A stretch of 64,000 bases of DNA from Tubulanus polymorphus. Lineage: Eukaryota > Animalia > Nemertea. Both the position numbers and the translations under genes were made by a program. The notes under the pieces are model-generated. The model had not been told where the DNA came from, searched no databases, and saw only the letters and a program-made list of their open reading frames with translations. Of the stretch, positions 55,067-64,000 are shown one piece after another. The DNA lies in NCBI RefSeq assembly GCF_964204645.1, contig NC_134028.1:8370001-8434000 (forward strand), read 5' to 3'. Each line of letters opens with the position of its first letter. Within the stretch, counting starts at the first letter, position 1.

Positions 55067-57883
55067 TTAATTCGGATGAGCAATTTTGTTAAGTTCGGTT
55101 ATAAATTCTGTTGAATTCGGTGCGACCGTCGGATTAAGCCTAGCTACTGGTTTCCCGTTTGCATCGATAAGAAACTTCTCAAAATTCCACGTGATATCGG
55201 TCGTTTTGATTGGGTGCCAAAATAAGTCTCGAGGATCACCGATCACGTTTACTGGATTGGGACAAAGCTCCTGCAAATACAGAAATAAATATTTTTGAGA
55301 AATAGTATTTGTTTCTGAACAATATTTTGCAATTATTCAAAAAATGAAATTGTGATTATTCCAATTAAAAACGAGGATATTTCAGTCATTCGCTGCGGCG
55401 ACTACCAGCCAACAGATGCCTCCATATTCAGCCGTCCTGCCGAACTGCAAGCGAAAACAGGCGATCAAATCGGAAACAAGGAAACTGTATTTTGGGCCAG
55501 TCTTAAAATCTAGGTATTAAGTATTGGTCTTAAATCCACCTTGAATTTTAAGACTGGTCTTAAGTTGTTAGATTCTTCATAGAACTTAAGATGGTCTTAG
55601 ACTGTATGATCTTAAGACGAAGCCATGGCTATGGAGCTGGCCCTAGATTAGTTAAGTTACGGGCAAATAAATAGCTTTAAATTTAGTAATGAATTACATT
55701 ATTTGAATCACTGTATATCATCAACTATAAGTATTTGGGTATACTATTCTCCCATACCGGGTCTTTTGCTCAGTGCCGAAAAGCGTTAGCAAACCAAGCA
55801 CAGCGGGCTATGTTCTTTGTTTTAAAAAAGGTTAGCGAATATTCACTCGACGTTGATGTTAGTTTAAAGTTATATGATAGCATGGTATTACCAATTCTAT
55901 TATTTGGTTGTGAAATTTGGGGTTACGAAAATCTCCGAGTTCTTGAGTGCGTGCAGCTGAAATTTTTTAAATATTTACTCAAGTTAAAGAAATCTACTAA
56001 TAGCTCATTTGTCTATGGAGAACTGGGTCGTTTTCCTCTCGAAGTTTACGTACAGCTTAGAATTGTAAATTTTTGGGCAAAATTAATAACTGATGATAAA
56101 TTATCGTCAAAGGTTTACAGTTGTGTTTATAATAGCTATATTGATGGTCAAGCTAACTCTTGGATGGATTCTGTGAAGAACATTTTGCTCCGAAATGGGC
56201 TCGGATATATTTGGGAAAATCAAAATATTCCAAACGCGAATTACTTGAGTCTGATTCTTAAACAGAGATTGCAGGATCAGTTTATGCAAGTCTGGCATGC
56301 AAAACTTACTGATTCCACTATGGCTGTTACGTATTTAACAATCAAATGCCGTTTCGAAATGGAAAAGTATCTAACTGAATTAACCCCTAGGGACCGGTTA
56401 ACTTTATGTAGATTTAGATGCTCAGCTCACAGGCTACCGGTGGAAGTTGGGCGGTGGCGTGGAATTGCCCGTGCCAATAGGCTGTGCCAAAAGTGTGATT
56501 TAGTGGCGGTGGGGGATGAATATCACTTTTTACTCGTCTGCCCGTACTTCCAGGAATCCAGAGCTAGATATATCCCGGAGCGTTATTGGAGATTCCCCAA
56601 TAACGTAAAGTTGTATGATTTGTTTAACTTAAATTGCCAAACTCTTAAAAAATTGGCGTTGTATATACGCAAATGTTTAATACATTTCTAATGTTAAATG
56701 TTGCAATGTCTATTGTAAATTAATTTTGTGCTCTGTGCAATTGTATAATTGTGGAGTAAATAAACTTAAACTTAAAACTCATCATGTAACTAACCAACTT
56801 GCTCCAATCAATTTCAATTTTTCGAAAAGATTCTTCTAAGAACATGACATCTACAACGATTTTCGATTATTTGGTAATTCGTAATACACATCCCGGAATG
56901 AACTCACCTTCAGATATGTAAAAAGCGGCCGTTCGTTCGGCCCGTTGACTTCAACTTTGCCGGAAAAGTAAATATTGGCGTCTGGAGTAAAACCATGACC
57001 GGGTCGAACGTATTTGATACCGTTAACTAACTCGTATTCGTTAGCTGCCGGTTCCTGGTGTCCAAACTGGTCACACGGAACTCCCAAAACGTGTAGATTT
57101 TTGTATCTAGGCAGAAGTGCATTGAAATCCACGTAATTACCAACCGTCAAACCTGAAATGTTTAATGGAAAGGTCGCTTTTTACCACGAGAGAAGGCAAA
57201 AAAAACAATCTATCTATGATATATTTGTACCATATCCAGGTTGAACTTCGCGCAATACAAAGGTTAAATCAATTTCTCAACTCTTTTTTTAAGGTTTCCT
57301 TTTGTTTCGTAGGTTTCTGTTGGGTTCTCGACAATATGCGTTAAATCCCAAATTTACCTCCAAAGCCTAGAAGTTGCTTTAAAAGCTACAGAACGTCTCG
57401 GAATAGGGGCTGAAAATGTTGTATTTTAATGGTGTATTTTACCAGGGAAGTGTGATGAGATGGAATACGGACGCTATTGTACTGCTCTTGTTGAATGTGC
57501 GTTGTAATTGCCCTAATGCCGATAGCGGTTCGTTGGCGAGCACTTTGTTACGTAACGCCCTGATAAGCGATAACCAGCGAGATCGGGAAGCTCCGTCATA
57601 ATTCGGTTGTTTCCGCTCTGTTAAAAATGGCAACGGTGTTATTGTAATCAGGGAATCTCATCACACTTCCCTGATTTTACTTACCTCAAAAGGTCGCTAC
57701 GTTCGTAATTATAAGCGGCTTTCCTGCGAATTCTTTTAAAGAGAATTCCACTTCTGGATTTTCTAACGTCGGCATGGAATATTGATAGATGGTGTTGGGT
57801 GACGATTTACAGTAGGATACATCACCGTAAACCAGGCCTATCAGCAAAGATAGGACCACGGCTTGCCTAGAGACACCGGCCAT
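55067..57883 (-). CDS. GPX: Secreted selenocysteine glutathione peroxidase (GPx3-like), copy B
   Basis: Exons 57883-57685, 57152-56908, 55270-55067. Signal peptide, NVATF-U(TGA 57688-57686)-[28 protein letters not shown]. Confidence 0.93.
55722..56779 (+). mobile_element. 5'-truncated RTE-X-like LINE in GPx-B intron 2
   Basis: Uninterrupted ORF from YKYLG (end of RT) through LPILLFGCEIWG and HRLPVEVGRW..RLCQKC..GDEYHFLLVCP to the stop at 56691. AATAAA(CTTAAA)n tail. Confidence 0.85.
57443..57673. mobile_element. MITE with 19-bp TIR and 7-bp TSD (P-element-like) in GPx-B intron 1
   Basis: ATTTTAC|CAGGGAAGTGTGATGAGAT...ATCTCATCACACTTCCCTG|ATTTTAC. Absent at the equivalent position of GPx-C. 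Confidence 0.85.
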
Positions 57884-58792
57884 CGTGGCCTGCAGTTCGA
57901 CTCTGAAAGCTATAGGCTCTGCATGTCGTACTTAAACTCGAATCATGGACGTATAACCTAGTTTAGTCAAATCAGTTTCGAAATATATGATAACATATCA
58001 TTTACGTCTGAAAATGAAGTCATGTATGTTAACACTCGAAAAATGAACTGACACAATTTTTGTAATGAATTTTTTTTTAGTGAAAAGAATTGACACCAAA
58101 TGATTACACGGTTAAGGTGAATGTCAGCTTCAACTAATTAGGTCAGGGCCCCCTTACTTTACTGAAAGAGTTCTGTCTCACCTTTCTACTTTCACAAACA
58201 AAGATTACGTGCTGTTTCCCTTCTTCCGTCGGATAATTCAATCTTGTTTTATCCAAAACTGAGTCGTGTACTTTACCATATAGATTGTTAGTCACCCCTC
58301 AGTCAATTGCATGAAAACGGCCAAGTTTGTCCGCGTTTCTCCACGCAGGATAGATTGGTTTAAAAGAGCTTTTTTTAGAAATATCGAATTCAACATTTCT
58401 CTACAGGACAAGAGCTGATGAAATGATACATGCAGGATTTCATTTTGTCATCCAGTGTCACTGAGATGGCACACACACACGTGTAGTCTCTCAAAGCCCA
58501 TCGTTCCACAACCGAGAGCAGCCCCTTGATAAATACTTCTCCAAACAAAATTAGTTCCCCAACCCCCATTGTTCTACTGCTCCAATACAAACTATTTTCT
58601 TCGTCACACATCACCCAGTCATATGGGGTATTACTTCGCAATAAGCAAAATAAAAGGGCAAATGAATAGCAATTAAAAAGGTATAATCTGTGAAGTTTGA
58701 ATTCAGAAATTATATCTTGGCATGGAAATATGAATAGCATTTACTTTCCGTGAAACTGGGTGCGGCAACGACGATTTATTTCTATGTCAAAC

Positions 58793-58827
58793 CAGGGAAG
58801 TGTTATTACACTCATTACACTTCCCTG
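58793..58827. mobile_element. 35-bp TIR-only remnant of the same P-like family
   Basis: GTCAAAC|CAGGGAAGTGT...ACACTTCCCTG|GTCAAAC. Single GTCAAAC (empty site) in the paralog at 47298-47304. Confidence 0.8.
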
Positions 58828-58965
58828 GTCAAACAGACTAATAAGCTCTGGAGGGTCGTGCGTGGAGTTAACGTTGACGGATGCGTCGTGACTTCAATCA
58901 GATTACTCTGACACCTGCACGAGTCGCAGTTCATCGCATCATACACGGTCCTATACAACCACGAT

Positions 58966-59053
58966 ATGGAAAGTCTATTGGGCAAAGAAGTTATGGACAA
59001 AGCCGGTGAAAACGTACCCGTATCTTCGCTAAGCGGCAAAGGAAAATATATAG
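58966..59053 (+). CDS. Nucleoredoxin/tryparedoxin-like gene, first coding exon, copy 2
   Basis: MESLLGKEVMDKAGENVPVSSLSGKGKYI-G|GCAAGT. Near-identical to 47431-47518, including the upstream region. Confidence 0.6.
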
Positions 59054-59546
59054 GCAAGTGAAAATAGTTTGTGTCGTATTTTGACTGGTACGTAAAGGGT
59101 GTCCTCTGTCTACACTGTCATCCCAAACTGTAAGGGTTCTGCTGTCAACATGGTGTACTTTAATCACCATACTGGTTGTTATCTATGTGGGGTGCTTGTC
59201 TCCTGTCAACCGTCCGGTGTGAGCAAAACTTTGGAATACGTAAACCAATCGAGGATCTATTTCTGTGGAAATTATTTTAGTTCCATTTGCTTTCAACTCG
59301 CGCATTGATACATTTCTTAATACCCCGATTCACTAAAATGTAACTATCCAGACGAGAAAATGACGCGAAAAATGATAATATGACTCGATTTCTCTGTTCA
59401 ATATCGGGACTATATTCGATTTTATAACATATACGTTTTATCGGTATAAAGATCGAAGAAAACAACGCCTTGTAAAAGCACACAGAAACACACGGCCGTT
59501 TGTGAAACGTAAATTCTGTGAATCAATGCACTAAAATTCACGAAAT

Positions 59547-59611
59547 TCTGTTCCATAATCAGAATAAAGTCTCGCTATGTTTTGACAATATTCGTCACAA
59601 ATAAACGTCCA
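59547..59611 (-). promoter_or_regulatory. SECIS element of GPx copy C (GUGA type)
   Basis: GUGAC-GAAUAUUGUC-AAAA-CAUAGCGA-GACUUUAUUC-UGAU (core 59598-59558). Confidence 0.85.
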
Positions 59612-60428
59612 AAATGTTTCGTCGATATTTCATTATCGTTAGAATTCGTCGATCTTACATTGATCAAACGAAATGATTGTTTTAATTACACAACTCTTAC
59701 GAGAATCGTCGTATTCTTTACTGAAATAGCATATTTGAAGGATTAATCGAAAAGAGAACCAATCAAAGTGATTTTTATATATGGAATGAAATGTACCCCC
59801 CCCCCCAAAAAGAAAAAAATATGTTGAACTATCACTGCGCCTGGCCGTTTCAAGACATTGCAGACGATGTCGTTCAAATGAACCACAAAAGTAGATCGGT
59901 AACAGATGCCGAATTTCTATCGAATTTTTGGAGTAATCGGTCTGATTACTCCAAACCATATCAATTACGAGTACCTGATGCAACGGACATTTTCTTGCCA
60001 AAACAATTCAACCCGACAATAGCAATTAATTTCATATAACGAGAGAGGGCGTATAACATATTATGTAACATATGTCGAAACAATGGTGTCTGGTAAATTT
60101 AAAAAAGATGATTAAACTATGATTATTCATATCGTCATTACACGGGGTTCCCGCTATCCAAATGGCTTGCAGGATGACAACATTACATGCCTAGGACCTT
60201 TATTCTCGAGTTAAACAGTTATTCGGAGTTCTCCGTCCCTCCCAAGGCATCGACGGGGACAAGAAAAGAATGACACTTACCATTGTTTCTAAATCTAGCG
60301 AAAAAATGCGTCATGATAAACAGGTTTACGTCGGTAGAAAAATGGCATAATCCATTTTCTAATTTGTGAATTTCGAAATTTGCATATGCTAATTCTATGA
60401 GTTATTCGGGATCGAAACAAAAATACGT

Positions 60429-62072
60429 TTAGTTGTGTCTTTTTTTCGGATGAGAAATTTGGTTCAGTTCGGATATAAATTCTGTCGAATTCGGGGCGAC
60501 CATCGGATTCACCCTGATCAATGGTTTCCCATTTTTATCGATTAGAAACTTCTCGAAATTCCAAGTGATGTCGCTTGTCTTGATCGGCTGCCAAAACAAC
60601 TCTTTTGGGTTACCGATCAAATCTCTTGGGGCGGGACAAAGCTCCTGCAAATTCAGATATACATATTTTGTAAATGATTAGTAGCAGTTTTCAAAAACTC
60701 TTTTTCTTTTGAAGATCAAATCTTCGTATCCCCTGTAAATGAGAATATTCAAACAAGAAATTTGTCTCTGCAACAAATACCGGCGATCCGCCAAAAGGCG
60801 ACGTAAAGCATATTTCGGGTTCTATACTCGCATTCTAGGACTTACCTGCAGGAGTAACTATATTTCGTGCTTTAAACTGGAATTGACATATTGAATTAAT
60901 GCCAGTCAACATTATGAACTGCGTTAATAATGTTGACTGGCATTAATTGAATTGATAAGTACTATAACCATAATTCTTATTAAACCTTTTTCTATCGAAA
61001 AGATCCTCATAAAAACTGTCCGACGATTTTTGTTTCTCAAGATGAGTAGCTGGATAAGATCAACTCACCTTTAGATACGTATAAAGCGGCTGCTCGTTCG
61101 GTCCGTTGACGTCAACTTTACCGGAAAGGTGAAAATTTCTATCTAGTTTGAAATTATGACCGGGCCGAACGTATCTGAGACCGTTAAACAACTCGTAAGC
61201 ATTAATTGCCGGTTCCTGGTGTCCAAACTGATCACACGGAACTCCCAAAACGTGTACGTCGTCGTATTCAGGAAGAAGTGCATTTAAACCCTCGTAATGA
61301 CCAATAGTCAAACCTGAATTCATGAAAAATATTATATTTAATCATGATAGAAATCTGGAAATATCTTTTCTACCTACATGTCAATGTCTATATAGGATTT
61401 TGAGCTAAATGTTGTTTTAATAATCTTTTAAATATTATAGTTAATAACAGTATAGAAAGGGTTCAAGTTAAAAAGGCCTATGCGGAGCCGATTCCTCCAT
61501 CGCCACTTCATCTGGCTCCGGGCCCAATATCGAGTCGAATCTAACTAGACAAGGTTTCCTAGTAGATTTACCTCTGTCGCCTCATGCGTATTTCTACTTG
61601 CGATCGAATGCGTGAACTATTGATATAAACATCCTTTGAAGCGATAACAATATAAACAGAATTTTTCTAGTGAGTAAAACATTGGACTCTATCAGTTATG
61701 GATATTTGGTTCCCTGAATTCTCTATACCTAGGATTTTAGGGTTTTAGGGATAACTGAAGGAATCCCAAGTATACATTCCGTCATTGAGATATCGCATTA
61801 CGAAGGGTCTCCTAGATAAAGCTATGTATTAAGCTACTCTGTGTTTGGAATGGGTTTGACAGTGTATCTTACTTACCTCAAAAGGTCGCTACGTTCGAAA
61901 TTATCAGTGGTTTTCCTTCGAATACGCTTAAAGAGAAGTTTTCTTTTGGATTTTCTAAATTCGGCAGTGAATACTGGTAAATATTATCGGGTGAATAACT
62001 GCAATAGGACACATCACCGTAGACCAGCCCTATCAGCATGGATAGGATCATGGCCTCCCTTGAAACACCCAT
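60429..62072 (-). CDS. GPX: Secreted selenocysteine glutathione peroxidase (GPx3-like), copy C
   Basis: Exons 62072-61877, 61313-61069, 60644-60429. Signal peptide, NVATF-U(TGA 61880-61878)-[28 protein letters not shown]. Confidence 0.93.
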
Positions 62073-62539
62073 CACGACTAACTGAGCTTGCTCGTCCGAA
62101 TGACGCTCTGCTGTTGACTTCTTCAATACGGTCACTGAAAAATAAAAATGAAGAGCCAGATGTTTGCGGCGGGGCGATTAATCTACGTTAACAGCTACCA
62201 CTAGCTGAAAATACACCTCGTTAAATTTTTTATATTATACTGGAAATTAGTATGTAATTAATTTATAATTAGTACGTATATTGTGAATGTCAATTACTTC
62301 TGTTAATTTACATTGCGTATGTTAGAACTATCGTGTGGCCGTCATGACGAGGCAAAACTCAGCAATGAGTCGCGATTAGCTCAAAAAGTTAAGATATCGA
62401 AAACGTTGAAATTCATAGTTTAAATCCGAATTCATTTTCGTTTTTTTCACGAAATCTCAAGGAATGGCCCGAAATACAACATATCACAGTTTATATGGCA
62501 GAAATGACGATGTGCGATGACTAGTCGACAGAATGATAT

Positions 62540-62720
62540 AACCATTATCCCCGTATCCAACATAACCACCATCTTCCATCATCATCTTCCCCAGCATCAC
62601 TATCACCACAATCATCTTCTCCAGCATCACCTTTTTCAGCATCACTATCACCTTCACAGCATCCCCATCACCTTCTTCAGTGCCACTATCACCTTCTCCA
62701 ACATCTCCTCCATTTTCATG
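62540..62720. repeat. Low-complexity (CAT/CAC)-rich degenerate repeat
   Basis: Repeated catcac/catcttctccagcatcac units. Confidence 0.7.
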
Positions 62721-63043
62721 ATACATGTATAGCAAAATATCACCGTGTTTTCGTTTTCTTTTTCCGCGACATTTTGGACCAAAGATGCGTAGGAAAAACA
62801 AAACATAAACATATTCCATTGATCATATATAAGACATACCCCGAATAACCACACCAGAATTCATTATCTAACTGCATCAAATTTAAATCGATTAGACATA
62901 CATCCATTTCGTACCAAATTTCAAATCAAATTATTCAATATAAACACATTTTTTGGTTAATACGCTAAACTATTACCGTTCAGATAATGATTTGAAATAT
63001 GTGTAAACGTACATTCAGTCTATATAGATTTTAACAGCACATC

Positions 63044-64000
63044 ATGTCTGGAAACCGAACGGATGTTATTTGCTATTATCCGAGGGGTTACAACTATGCA
63101 AACATTATGACCATGATTCGAGCCCTGTCGCATATGATCGGCATAGTCGCAAACGTGCTCGCTTTCTTCGTGCTCAGAGCTATGAAGCACCAGGGAAGCA
63201 GCGTATTTTATTTACTTATGTTAGCCATAGCTGATACAGTGAACTGTTCGACAGCAGTTATCGGTAGAGGTATAAATGGACTTTCTAATACAGACTTGTT
63301 CCGTTTTATAAAATACGCTCATTTTTATAAAATGTATCGTCTGCGCGCTTATCAGTCTGTTGACGCCGTATATCAAATGACTACAATAACAAGTTCCTGG
63401 ATACTCTTCGCGTTGAATATCGACCGATATATCGCAATTCGATTTCCACTCTCAGCGAAAAAAGTGTGCACAGTATATAATGCTCGAATTATTTCGAGTA
63501 TCATTTGGATTCTGACATTTATTTTTGATTTGCCAACTTCATGGGACACGGTTGGCACAATCGAACTTAATGATCCGTGTGCATTTACTAAACTAAAACC
63601 ATTACTACTAATGGACAAAAATTACGCAATTTTCTACGATTTCTTTTTTGGTAAGGTCATCTTACAGTTTATTCCTGGAATCGCTATTTCAATATGCAAT
63701 GTTCACATGTTCTGGATAGTAGAAAAAGCCCGACAGAACCGTCGAAAATTCGAACGAAAAAACCCACATATCGCAGCTACTTCAATGCAAATTACATCGA
63801 CAATAGTGACTTTAAACGTGGTTTACTGTTTCCAATACTCTACGGCTCTAGCAAATACATTGATACCACCATTGAATAGATTAACGGGTTGGAGGTTACA
63901 ACGAATTTACTACGAAGCACAATTGTTTCAGTCATTAAATTCGATGATGAATCTGTTTATCTATATGGGCATCCGTTCGGGATTTGCTGAAACACTTGTT
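63044..64000 (+). CDS. Intronless rhodopsin-class GPCR (FMRFamide-receptor-like/Srw chemoreceptor-like), 3' end beyond window
   Basis: Open frame of 319 codons from ATG 63044 to the window edge (missing from the ORF track). TM1 IGIVANVLAFFVL, TM2 YLLMLAIAD, TM3 IDRYIAIRFPL, TM4 IWILTFIFDLP, TM5 FIPG, TM7 LNSMMNLFIY. N-terminal sequon NRT. Confidence 0.9.
   Translation, partial: MSGNRTDVICYYPRGYNYANIMTMIRALSHMIGIVANVLAFFVLRAMKHQGSSVFYLLMLAIADTVNCSTAVIGRGINGLSNTDLFRFIKYAHFYKMYRLRAYQSVDAVYQMTTITSSWILFALNIDRYIAIRFPLSAKKVCTVYNARIISSIIWILTFIFDLPTSWDTVGTIELNDPCAFTKLKPLLLMDKNYAIFYDFFFGKVILQFIPGIAISICNVHMFWIVEKARQNRRKFERKNPHIAATSMQITSTIVTLNVVYCFQYSTALANTLIPPLNRLTGWRLQRIYYEAQLFQSLNSMMNLFIYMGIRSGFAETLV

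Noticed and set aside
59053-63046. Splice fusion of NXN-like exon 1 to the GPCR acceptor at 63037
   Set aside because: A phase-1 junction would be out of frame with the GPCR ATG at 63044.

Overview
AT-rich, intron-rich animal genomic DNA (invertebrate; the repeat and GPCR content suggest a marine lophotrochozoan, species not determinable). From left to right: the 5' half of a STAM-binding protein/AMSH deubiquitinase gene (- strand, runs off the left edge), head-to-head with a complete, about 23-exon FAM13-family RhoGAP gene (+, ~5.4-37.5 kb); a 5'-truncated CR1 LINE with an intact ORF2; then a segmentally triplicated block with three secreted GPx3-like glutathione peroxidase genes (-). Each GPx has an in-frame TGA at the catalytic position and a GUGA-type SECIS in its 3'UTR, so they are selenoproteins that the ORF track truncates. 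Interleaved on the + strand are two copies of a nucleoredoxin-like first exon with a GC donor. An intronless class A GPCR ORF runs off the right edge. The introns hold many MITEs (Harbinger CWG/TAA, pogo TA, piggyBac TTAA, P-like 7-bp TSD), RTE-X-like LINE fragments, tRNA-like repeats, long microsatellites and a Penelope-type insertion carrying a minimal hammerhead ribozyme. All exon structures were read by eye, without transcript evidence.
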